Below are positions 39,701 through 51,597 of a DNA stretch of 64,000 nt, piece after piece. The first letter of the stretch is position 1. Each line of letters starts with the position of its first letter. The stretch is from Antedon mediterranea (Eukaryota; Animalia; Echinodermata), in NCBI RefSeq assembly GCF_964355755.1, contig NC_092677.1:27329175-27393174 (forward strand), in the 5' to 3' direction. The position numbers were made by a program, and so were the translations under genes. The notes beneath the pieces are model-generated. The model was not told where the DNA came from. It made no database searches and saw only the letters and a program-made list of their open reading frames with translations.

Positions 39701-42700
39701 ACAAAATTTAATAGCATCAGCTCTTCAGATTAAAATTAACACTGATGATTTTAGAAAAGGAAAGTAGCAATAAAAGAGAAAGAATGTGTAACAAATGGGT
39801 TAAAAAATATACTATAAAAAAGTATTTCTTATTTTATTTAAAAAATCATGAGTCTCCTCTCCTTAATTGCCTAAGTCACACAGCTGACTTAGGCAGAAAC
39901 ACAGAAAACGATCTGAGCATGTGCAAATATATATAAAAGCACTCAGATAATGTACAGAGGGCAGTATAATGATATAAGCAGTGAGTTAGGCAGATCATGA
40001 GTCAGCTCTCCTTAAGTCTCCTCTCCTTAATTGCCTAAGTCACACAGCTGACTTAGGCAGAATCTAAAAAAATATAGTATATTGATATAAGCAGTGAGTT
40101 AGGCATATCATAAGTCAGCTCTCCTTAATTGCCTAAGTCACACAGCTGACTTAGGCAGAAACACAAAAAATATAGTATATTGATATAAGCAGTGAGTTAG
40201 GCAGATCATAAGTCAGCTCTCCTTAATTGCCTAAGTCACACAGCTGACTTAGGCAGAAACACAAAAAATATAGTATATTGATATAAGCAGTGAGTTAGGC
40301 AGATCATAAGTCAGCTCTCCTTAATTGCCTAAGTCACACAGCTGACTTAGGCAGAAACACAAAAAATATAGTATATTGATATAATCAGTGAGTTAGGCAG
40401 ATCATAAGTCAGCTCGCCTTAATTGCCTAAGTCACACAGCTGACTTAGGCAGAAACACAAAAAAATATAGTATATTGATAAAAGCAGTGAGTTAAGGAGA
40501 TCAAAAGTCAGCTCTCCTTAATTGCCTAAGTCACACAGCTGACTTAGGCAGAAACACAAAAAATATAGTATATTGATATAAGCAGTGAGTTAGCCAGAAA
40601 AAAACAATTATGACTTAGATACTTTTGTTATGAGGCTGTCGATATCATCTATATACAAAAAATGCTACCTTTAAGTAACAAAATTTAATAGCATCAGCTC
40701 TTCAGATTAAAATTAACACTGATGATTTTAGAAAAGGAAAGTAGCAATAAAAGAGAAAGAATTTGTAACAAATGGGTTAAAAAATATACTATAAAAAAGT
40801 ATTTCTTATTTCATTTAAAAAATCATGAGTCTCCTCTCCTTAATTGCCTAAGTCACACAGCTGACTTAGGCAGAATCTAAAAAAATATAGTATATTGATA
40901 TAAGCAGTGAGTTAGGCAGATCATAAGTCAGCTCTCCTTAATTGCCTAAGTCAGCTGTGTGACTTAGGCAGAAACACAAAAAATATAGTATATTGATATA
41001 AGCAGTGAGTTAGGCAGATCATAAGTCAGCTCTCTTTAATTGCCTAAGTCACACAGCTGACTTAGGCAGAAACACAAAAAATATAGTATATTGATATAAG
41101 CAGTGAGTTAGGCAGAAAAAAAATTATGACTTAGACACTTTTGTTATGAGGCTGTCGATATCATCTATATACAAAAAATGCTACCTTTAAGTAACAAAAT
41201 TTAATAGCATCAGCTCTTCAGATTAAAATTAACACTGATGATTTTAGAAAAGGAAAGTAGCAATAAAGAGAAAGAATTTGTAACAAATGGGTTAAAAAAT
41301 ATACTATAAAAAAGTATTTCTTATTTTATTTAAAAAATCATGAGTCTCCTCTCCTTAATTGCCTAAGTCACACAGCTGACTTAGGCAGAAACACAAAAAA
41401 ATATAGTATATTGATATAAGCAGTGAGTTAGGCAGATCATAAGTCAGCTCTCCTTAATTGCCTAAGTCACACAGCTGACTTAGGCAGAAACACAAAAAAT
41501 ATAGTATATTGATATAAGCAGTGAGTTAGCCAGAAAAAAACAATTATGACTTAGACACTTTTGTTATGAGGCTGTCGATATCATCTATATACAAAAAATG
41601 CTACCTTTAAGTAACAAAATTTAATAGCATCAGCTCTTCAGATTAAAATTAACACTGATGATTTTAGAAAAGGAAAGTAGCAATAAAAGAGAAAGAATTT
41701 GTAACAAATGGGTTAAAAAATATACTATAAAAAAGTATTTCTTATTTTATTTAAAAAATCATGAGTCTCCTCTCCTTAATTGCCTAAGTCACACAGCTGA
41801 CTTAGGCAGAAACACAGAAAACGATCTGAGCATGTGCAAATATATATAAAAGCACTCAGATAATGTACAGAGGGCAGTATAATGATATAAGCAGTGAGTT
41901 AGGCAGATCAAAAGTCAGCTCTCCTTAATTGCCTAAGTCACACAGCTGACTTAGGCAGAAACACAAAAAATATAGTATATTGATATAAGCAGTGAGTTAG
42001 CCAGAAAAAAACAATTATGACTTAGACACTTTTGTTATGAGGCTGTCGATATCATCTATATACAAAAAATGCTACCTTTAAGTAACAAAATTTAATAGCA
42101 TCAGCTCTTCAGATTAAAATTAACACTGATGATTTTAGAAAAGGAAAGTAGCAATAAAAGAGAAAGAATTTGTAACAAATGGGTTAAAAAATATACTATA
42201 AAAATGTATTTCTTATTTTATTAAAAAAATTATGAGTCTCCTTTCCTTAATTGCCTAAGTCACACAGCTGACTTAGGCAGAATCTAAAAAAATATAGTAT
42301 ATTGATATAAGCAGTGAGTTAGGCAGATCATAAGTCAGCTCTCCTTAATTGCCTAAGTCACACAGCTGACTTAGGCAGAAACACAAAAAAATATAGTATA
42401 TTGATATAAGCAGTGAGTTAGGCAGATCATAAGTCAGCTCTCTTTAATTGCTAAGTCACACAGCTGACTTAGGCAGAAACACAAAAAAATATAGTATATT
42501 GATATAAGCAGTGAGTTAGGCAGAAAAAAAATTATGACTTAAACACTTTTGTTATGAGGCTGTCGATATCATCTATATACAAAAAATGCTACCTTTAAGT
42601 AACAAAATTTAATAGCATCAGCTCTTCAGATTAAAATTAACACTGATGATTTTAGAAAAGGAAAGTAGAAATAAAAGAGAAAGAATTTGTAACAAATGGG

Positions 42701-45700
42701 TTAAAAAATATACTATAAAAAAGTATTTCTTATTTCATTAAAAAAATTATGAGTCTCCTCTCCTTAATTGCCTAAGTCACACAGCTGACTTAGGCAGAAT
42801 CTAAAAAAATATAGTATATTGATATAAGCAGTGAGTTAGGCATATCATAAGTCAGCTCTCCTTAATTGCCTAAGTCACACAGCTGACTTAGGCAGAAACA
42901 CAAAAAATATAGTATATTGATATAAGCAGTGAGTTAGGCTGATCATAAGTCAGCTCTCCTTAATTGCCTAAGTCACACAGCTGACTTAGGCAGAAACACA
43001 CAAAAATATAGTATATTGATATAAGCAGTGAGTTAGGCAGATCATAAGTCAGCTCTCCTTAATTGCCTAAGTCACACAGCTGACTTAGGCAGAAACACAA
43101 AAAATATAGTATATTGACATAAGCAGTGAGTTAGGCAGATCATAAGTCAGCTCGCCTTAATTGCCTAAGTCACACAGCTGACTTAGGCAGAAACACAAAA
43201 AAATATAGTATATTGATAAAAGCAGTGAGTTAAGCAGATCAAAAGTCAGCTCTCCTTAATTGCCTAAGTCAGCTGTGTGACTTAGGCAGAAACACAAAAA
43301 AATATAGTATATTGATATAAGCAGTGAGTTAGGCAGATCAAAAGTCAGCTCTCCTTAATTGCCTAAGTCACACAGCTGACTTAGGCAGAAACACAAAAAA
43401 TATAGTATATTGATATAAGCAGTGAGTTAGCCAGAAAAAAACAATTATGACTTAGATACTTTTGTTATGAGGCTGTCGATATCATCTATATACAAAAAAT
43501 GCTACCTTTAAGTAACAAAATTTAATAGCATCAGCTCTTCAGATTAAAATTAACACTGATGATTTTAGAAAAGGAAAGTAGCAATAAAAGAGAAAGAATT
43601 TGTAACAAATGGGTTAAAAAATATACTATAAAAAAGTATTTCTTATTTCATTTAAAAAATCATGAGTCTCCTCTCCTTAATTGCCTAAGTCACACAGCTG
43701 ACTTAGGCAGAAACACAGAAAACGATCTGAGCATGTGCAAATATATATAAAAGCACTCAGATAATGTACAGAGGGCAGTATAATGGTATAAGCAGTGAGT
43801 TAGGCAGATCATAAGTCAGCTCTCCTTAAGTCTCCTCTCCTGTCCTCCTTTGTCTGTCTCTCTTCCTTCGCTTGTCTCTCGTCGTTCTATGTTCGATCTT
43901 CAGTTTTTGTATAAATGTATGAATTTCCGTTTCAATTGTAATTTTATCTCCTTGTTTTCCTTTCATGTTAAAGCTGTTGGTTGTCGTACTCGTAATTCCA
44001 AATGTAATCTTCTTTATGTGCCGTATTGTCGTGTTAATGTTACCAAGAATGGATTTATTTCACGTATTTGTCTTCTTTTTAATAATTGTGTTGTTAAAGA
44101 TAATTCTATTGATCTCTTTTTTGACCGTTATAATTGTTTTTGTAATAAAATTAGTAAAATTGTATAAATTTGTATTTTAGATTTTAAGATTTTTTTATAT
44201 TTTTATATGGTATAGTTTATTCCATTCTGTAAGGGGCGGGTTTCCCGCTGTTGAATGAGTTTGAATAAAATAAAATAAAATAAAATAAATAAAATTAATT
44301 GCCTAAGTCACACAGCTGACTTAGGCAGAATCTAAAAAAATATAGTATATTGATATAAGCAGTGAGTTAGGCATATCATAAGTCAGCTCTCCTTAATTGC
44401 CTAAGTCACACAGCTGACTTAGGCAGAAACACAAAAAATATAGTATATTGATATAAGCAGTGAGTTAGGCAGATCATAAGTCAGCTCTCCTTAGTTGCCT
44501 AAGTCACACAGCTGACTTAGGCAGAAACACACAAAAATATAGTATATTGATATAAGCAGTGAGTTAGGCAGATCATAAGTCAGCTCTCTTTAATTGCCTA
44601 AGTCACACAGCTGACTTAGGCAGAAACACAAAAAATATAGTATATTGATATAAGCAGTAGGTTAGCCAGAAAAAAACAATTATGACTTAGACACTTTTGT
44701 TATGAGGCTGTCGATATCATCTATATACAAAAAATGCTACCTTTAAGTAACAAAATTTAATAGCATCAGCTCTTCAGATTAAAATTAACACTGATGATTT
44801 TAGAAAAGGAAAGTAGCAATAAAAGAGGAAGAATTTCTAACAAATGGGTTAAAAAATATACTATAAAAATGTATTTCTTATTTTATTTTAAAAATTATGA
44901 GTCTCCTCTCCTTAATTGCCTAAGTCACACAGCTGACTTAGGCAGAAACACAGAAAACGATCTGAGCATGTGCAAATATATATAAAAGCACTCAGATAAT
45001 GTACAGAGGGCAGTATAATGATATAAGCAGTGAGTTAGGCAGATCATAAGTCAGCTCTCCTTAAGTCTCCTCTCCTTAATTGCCTAAGTCACACAGCTGA
45101 CTTAGGCAGAATCTAAAAAAATATAGTATATTGATATAAGCAGTGAGTTAGGCATATCATAAGTCAGCTCTCCTTAATTGCCTAATTCACACAGCTGACT
45201 TAGGCAGAAACACAAAAAATATAGTATATTGATATAATCAGTGAGTTAGGCAGATCATAAGTCAGCTAGCCTTAATTGCCTAAGTCACACAGCTGACTTA
45301 GGCAAAAACACAACAAAATATAGTATATTGATATAAGCAGTGAGTTAAGCAGATAAAAAGTCAGCTCTCCTTAATTGCCTAAGTCACACAGCTGACTTAG
45401 GCAGAAACACAAAAAATATAGTATATTGATATAAGCAGTGAGTTAGCCAGAAAAAAACAATTATGACTTAGACACTTTTGTTATGAGGCTGTCGATATCA
45501 TCTATATACAAAAAATGCTACCTTTAAGTAACAAAATTTAATAGCATCATAAGTCAGCTCTCCTTAAGTCTCCTCTCCTTAATTGCCTAAGTCACACAGC
45601 TGACTTAGGCAGAATCTAAAAAAATATAGTATATTGATATAAGCAGTGAGTTAGGCATATCATAAGTCAGCTCTCCTTAATTGCCTAAGTCACACAGCTG

Positions 45701-46187
45701 ACTTAGGCAGAAACACAACAAATATAGTATATTGATATAAGCAGTGAGTTAGGCAGATCATAAGTCAGCTCTCCCTAATTGCCTAAGTCACACAGCTGAC
45801 TTAGGCAGAAACACACAAAAATATAGTATATTGATATAAGCAGTGAGTTAGGCAGATCATAAGTCAGCTCTCCTTAATTGCCTAAGTCACACAGCTGACT
45901 TAGGCAGAAACACAAAAAATATAGTATATTGATATAAGCAGTGAGTTAGGCAGATCATAAGTCAGCTCGCCTTAATTGCCTAAGTCACACAGCTGACTTA
46001 GGCAGAAACACAAAAAAAATATAGTATATTGTTATAAGCAATGAGTTAGGCAGATCATAAGTCAGCTCTCCTTAATTGCCTAAGTCACACTGCTAACTTA
46101 GGCAGAAACACAAAAAATATAGTATATTGATATAAGCAGTGAGTTAGGCAGAAATTAAAAAAATGACTTAGACACTTTTGTTATGAG
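30734..46187. repeat. Satellite A: 98-bp monomer with palindrome gcctaagtca-cacagc-tgacttaggc, interspersed with ~225-bp and ~60-bp blocks; 4112-bp higher-order repeat
   Basis: Monomer spacing 32742/32840/32938; diagnostic variants recur at +4112 (33851/37963, 35633/39745, 35385/39497). Confidence 0.97.
43841..44294 (+). mobile_element. 5'-truncated non-LTR retrotransposon (CR1/L2-like) 3' end inserted in satellite A
   Basis: ORF2-like C-terminus LPSLVSRR..DLQFLYK...RTRN...CRVN...FISR...FN*; 3'UTR stem-loop gcggg-ttt-cccgc; (AAAAT)n tail; interrupts the monomer at tctcc|ttaatt without a clear TSD. Confidence 0.8.
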
Positions 46188-49100
46188 GCGCAGAGTCGAA
46201 TAATGGGTTCTGCGCATGTCAATTATGCTATAGTAACCACTTTTGACATAAATGGTTACTATAGCATAATAAACATGCGCAGAGTCGAATAATGGGTTCT
46301 GCGCATGTCAATTGTGCTATAGTAACCACTTTTGACGTAAATGGTTACTATAGCATAATAAACATGCGCAGAGTCGAATAATGGGTTCTGCGCATGCCAA
46401 TTGTGCTATAGTAACCAGTTTTATCGAAAAATAAAAAGGTCGAAAATTGGCGATTTTTGGAAAAAATCCCTGTACTATAGTACAGGGAAATTTTCGAAAA
46501 ATCGTCAATTTTCGACTTTTTTATTTGTTGACATAAATGGTTACTATAGCATAATAAACATGCGCAGAGTCGAATAATGGGTTGTGCGCATGTCAATTAT
46601 GCTATAGTAACCATTTTTGACATAAATGGTTACTATAGCATAATAAACATGCGCAGAGTTGAATAATGTGTTCTGCTCATGCCAATTGTGCTATAGTAAC
46701 CAGTTTTATCGAAAAATAAAAAGGTCGAAAATTGGTCCTTTTTTGAAAAAATCCCTGTACTATAGTACAGAGAAATTTTCGAAATATCGCCAATTTTCGA
46801 CTTTTTTATTTGTTGACATAAATGGTTACTATAGCATAATAAACATGGGCAGAGTCGAATAATGGGTTCTGCGCATGTCAATTATGCTATAGTAACCATT
46901 TTTTACATAAATGGTTACTATAGCATAATAAAACATGCGCAGAGTCGAATAATGGGTTCTGCGCATGCCAATTGTGCTATAGTAACCAGTTTTATCGAAA
47001 AATAAAAAGGTCGAAAATTGGCGATTTTTGGAAAAAATCCCTGTACTATAGTACAGGGAAATTTTCGAAAAATCGCCAATTTTCGACTTTTTTATTTGTT
47101 GACATAAATGGTTACTATAGCATAATAAACATGCGCAGAGTCGAATAATGGGTTGTGCGCATGTCAATTATGCTATAGTAACCATTTCTTACATAAATGG
47201 TTACTATAGAATAATAAAACATGCGCAGAGTTGAATAATGGGTTCTGCGCATGCCAATTGTGCTATAGTAACCAGTTTTATCGAAAAATAAAAAGGTCGA
47301 AAATTGGCGATTTTTGGAAAAAATCCCTTTACTATAGTACAGGGAAATTTTCGAAAAATCGCCAATTTTCGACTTTTTTATTTGTTGACATAAATGGTTA
47401 CTATAGCATAATAAACATGCGCAGAGTCAAATAATGGGTTCTGCGCATGTCAATTATGCTATAGTAATCATTTTTGACATAAATGGTTACTATAACATCA
47501 AGCAAGTATAGCATAATAAACATGCGCAGTGTCGAATAATGGGTTCTGCGCATGCCAATTGTGCTATTGTAACCAGTTTTATCGAAAAATAAAAAGGTCG
47601 AAAATTGGTCCTTTTTTGAAAAAATCCCTGTACTATAGTACAGGGAAATTTTCGAAAAATCGTAAATTTTCGACTTTTTTATTTGTTGACATAAATGGTT
47701 ACTATAGCATAATAAACATGCGCAGAGTTGAATAATGGGTTCTGCGCATGCCAATTGTGCTATAGTAACCAGTTTTATCGAAAAATAAAAAGGTCGAAAA
47801 TTGGTCCTTTTTTGAAAAAATCCCTGTTCTATAGTACAGAGAAATTTTCGAAAAATCGTAAATTTTCGACTTTTTTATTTGTTGACATAAATGGTTACTA
47901 TAGCATAATAAACATGCGCAGAGTGGAATAATGGGTTGTGCGCATGTCAATTATGCTATAGTAACCATTTTTGACATAAATGGTTACTATAGCATAATAA
48001 ACATGCGGAGAGTTGAATAATGGGTTCTGCGCATGCCAATTGTGCTATAGTAACCAGTTTTATCGAAAAATAAAAAGGTCGAAAATTGGTCCTTTTTTGA
48101 AAAAATCCCTGTACTATAGTACAGGGAAATTTTCGAAAAATCGTAAATTTTCGACTTTTTTATTTGTTGACATAAATGGTTACTATAGCATAATAAACAT
48201 GCGCAGAGTTGAATAATGGGTTCTGCGCATGCCAATTGTGCTATAGTAACCAGTTTTATCGAAAAATAAAAAGGTCGAAAATTGGTCTTTTTTGAAAAAA
48301 TCCCTGTACTATAGTACAGAGAAATTTTCGAAATATCGCCAATTTTCGACTTTTTTATTTTTCGATAAAACTGGTTACTATAGCATAATAAACATGCGCA
48401 GAGTTGAATAATGGGTTCTGCGCATGACAATTGTGCTATAGTAACCAGTTTTATCGAAAAATAAAAAGGTCGAAAATTGGCGATTTTTGGAAAAAATCCC
48501 TTTACTATAGTACAGGGAAATTTTCGTGTACTATAGTACAGGGAAATTTTCAAAAAATCGCCAATTTTCGACTTTTTTATTTGTTGACATAAATGGTTAC
48601 TATAGCATAATAAACATGCGCAGAGTCGAATAATGGGTTGTGCGCATGTCAATTATGCTATAGTAACCATTTTTTACATAAATGGTTACTATAGAATAAT
48701 AAAACATGCGCAGAGTTGAATAATGGGTTCTGCGCATGCCAATTGTGCTATAGTAACCAGTTTTATCGAAAAATAAAAAGGTCGAAAATTGGCGATTTTT
48801 GGAAAAAATCCCTTTACTATAGTACAGGGAAATTTTCGAAAAATCGCCAATTTTCGACTTTTTTATTTGTTGACATAAATGGTTACTATAGCATAATAAA
48901 CATGCGCAGAGTCGAATAATGGGTTCTGCGCATGTCAATTACGCTATAGTAATCATTTTTGACATAAATGGTTACTATAACATCAAGCAAGTATAGCATA
49001 ATAAACATGCGCAGAGTTGAATAATGGGTTCTGCGCATGCCGATTGTGCTATAGTAACCAGTTTTATCGAAAAATAAAAAGGTCGAAAATTGGTCCTTTT

Positions 49101-50386
49101 TTGAAAAAATCCCTGTACTATAGTACAGAGAAATTTTCGAAATATCGCCAATTTTCGACTTTTTTATTTTTCGATAAAACTGGTTACTATAGCATAATAA
49201 ACATGCGCAGAGTTGAATAATGGGTTCTGCGCATGCCAATTGTGCTATAGTAACCAGTTTTATCGAAAAATAAAAAGGTCGAAAATTGGCGATTTTTGGA
49301 AAAAATCCCTGTACTATAGTACAGGGAAATTTTCGAAAAATCGCCAATTTTCGACTTTTTTATTTGTTGACATAAATGGTTACTATAGCATAATAAACAT
49401 GCGCAGAGTCGAATAATGGGTTGTGCGCATGTCAATTATGCTATAGTAACCATTTCTTACATAAATGGTTACTATAGAATAATAAAACATGCGCAGAGTT
49501 GAATAATGGGTTCTGCGCATGCCAATTGTGCTATAGTAACCAGTTTTATCGAAAAATAAAAAGGTCGAAAATTGGCGATTTTTGGAAAAAATCCCTTTAC
49601 TATAGTACAGGGAAATTTTCGAAAAATCGCCAATTTTCGACTTTTTTATTTGTTGACATAAATGGTTACTATAGCATAATAAACATGCGCAGAGTCGAAT
49701 AATGGGTTCTGCGCATGTCAATTATGCTATAGTAATCATTTTTGACATAAATGGTTACTATAACATCAAGCAAGTATAGCATAATAAACATGCGCAGTGT
49801 CGAATAATGGGTTCTGCGCATGCCAATTGTGCTATAGTAACCAGTTTTATCGAAAAATAAAAAGGTCGAAAATTGGTCCTTTTTTGAAAAAATCCCTGTA
49901 CTATAGTACAGGGAAATTTTCGAAAAATCGTAAATTTTCGACTTTTTTATTTGTTGACATAAATGGTTACTATAGCATAATAAACATGCGCAGAGTTGAA
50001 TAATGGGTTCTGCGCATGCCAATTGTGCTATAGTAACCAGTTTTATCGAGAAATAAAAAGGTCGAAATTTGGTCCTTTTTTGAAAAAATCCCTGTACTAT
50101 AGTACAGGCAAATTTTCGAAAAATCGTAAATTTCCGACTTTTTTATTTGTTGACATAAATGGTTACTATAGCATAATAAACATGCGCAGAGTCGAATAAT
50201 GGGTTGTGCGCATGTCAATTATGCTATAGTAACCATTTTTGACATAAATGGTTACTATAGCATAATAAACATGCGCAGAGTTGAATAATGGGTTCTGCGC
50301 ATGCCAATTGTGCTATAGTAACCAGTTTTATCGAAAAATAAAAAGGTCGAAAATTGGTCCTTTTTTGACATAAATGGTTACTATAG
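46188..50386. repeat. Satellite B: fold-back array of ~89-bp and ~196-bp palindromic subunits
   Basis: Hairpin 1 ggttactatagca..atgcgcaga..tctgcgcat..tgctatagtaacc; hairpin 2 centred on ccctgtac-tata-gtacaggg; recurring spacings of 783 and 2268 bp. Confidence 0.95.
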
Positions 50387-50453
50387 GAAAAGAACAATAT
50401 ACATATTATTAAATCATTTACAAAATTCCATTTTGAGAACGTAAAAAGTAATT

Positions 50454-50506
<53 letters not shown>

Positions 50507-50590
50507 GGTTGAGATTTTCAGACCGTTTGGATAGAGTGCTCAATACCAAGGTAGAGCATAAATAAATAAAATAACAGCAGAAAACTTGGT

Positions 50591-50989
50591 TCACTTACGG
50601 TTCAGTGAGCATAGCTCTGGTTGACATATAATAACATACTTTTCATATATACATAAATTACATCTTTTGTTAATATTTGAGTAAGGTTTGCATTTCTTTA
50701 TAATTTTCCATTTAATTGAGTAATTTGTTTTAGAGTCTTTAAGTGTCCATATATATTTACTGAGTTCCGTTGCATTTCTTAGTTTTTCGTTCCGGAATGA
50801 AGACGTATGGTTTCTGTATCTAGTTTTAAACTGGTTTTCAGTTAGTCCGACATATGTTTCTTCTTTTGATGAATCTTCTCTCTTTACTGTAGCTTGGTAA
50901 ACTACACCTTTTGTTAGGCAGTTACTTGGGAGCGGGCATTCATTGGGATTGCGGCAGTTACATCCGCTTGTTTTCGCGTTGGTTTCTTC
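50591..50989 (-). pseudogene. GIY-YIG endonuclease domain of a Penelope-like retroelement (no start codon, absent from the ORF track)
   Basis: Uninterrupted frame CNCRNPNECPLPSNCLTKGVVYQATV...ETYVGLTENQFKTRYRNHTSSF...TELSKYIWTLK...IKWKII...CNLCIYEKYVII...SLNRK*. Confidence 0.88.
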
Positions 50990-51032
50990 TATTAAGCAAT
51001 ATGAGACAACTGTGTCACTTATGTTTTATATT

Positions 51033-51088
51033 TCACCTGAAGAGTGCGGCCAGCTACATGCTGGTCGTACGAAACAAATTTGTAGTGA
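51033..51088 (+). ncRNA. Type I hammerhead ribozyme (Penelope-associated minimal form)
   Basis: Stem I tcac/gtga; core CTGAAGA; stem II gtgcggccagc-tacat-gctggtcgtac (11 bp); GAAA; palindromic stem III ACAAATTTGT; GUA cleavage triplet (after 51084). Confidence 0.85.
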
Positions 51089-51124
51089 TTAAAACAATGA
51101 AGTAACCAAGTTTTCTGCTGTTAT

Positions 51125-51169
<45 letters not shown>

Positions 51170-51597
51170 TTAAAAATTATACAACTATTCTGCATATGAA
51201 AACGTTTTCTTAAAAGTTCCAGTGAAAATGAATAGAATAGCGGCATGTTTCTAAGTATAATTTATGTACAATAAACATACTGAGATAATAGATTATATTG
51301 AAAGTAAAATTAAACCAGTGTGGTGCTAATCCAGTGTAGATTTCATACCTTAATGATTGTGATTGATTGTAAAATTGTTTTTATGTTTACATACGTTATG
51401 TAACTATGTGTCGAGGGGCGACAGTGACGGACTTATTTAAATTTCTATGTCATTGTCCCTTGACCAAATGATACTATCTTGTTTCTTGCTTGTATACATA
51501 TGTCGACCACATGTTCACTGTACATTTAATTAACATGTGATTGGTTACGTGATAAAATGTGTAGTAAAATACGTAGTAGAGCCCTACACAACAGATT

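Larger units (their letters stand above)
50503..51131. mobile_element. Penelope-like element (Naiad-like) fragment with inverted structure, embedded in (TA)n
   Basis: (TA)n on both sides (50456-50502, 51131-51167); minus-strand GIY-YIG domain; plus-strand hammerhead; 30-bp inverted repeat 50562-50591/51104-51133. Confidence 0.85.

Noticed and set aside
33851-44985. Seven copies of a 63-aa ORF (MILEKESSNKRER...)
   Set aside because: Open only in some satellite units; other units carry frameshifts or stops; no recognisable domain
30734-46187. CRISPR-like array (palindromic repeat with regular spacing)
   Set aside because: The intervening sequences are near-identical rather than unique spacers, there are no cas genes, and the context is eukaryotic; it is a satellite
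46317-50218. Many 67-221-aa ORFs on both strands
   Set aside because: By-products of palindromic satellite B; frames break with single-base indels between units
69-50386. Functional link between the SID-1 dsRNA-transport gene and the fold-back satellites
   Set aside because: Only physical proximity (over 25 kb apart); nothing in the sequence supports a shared system
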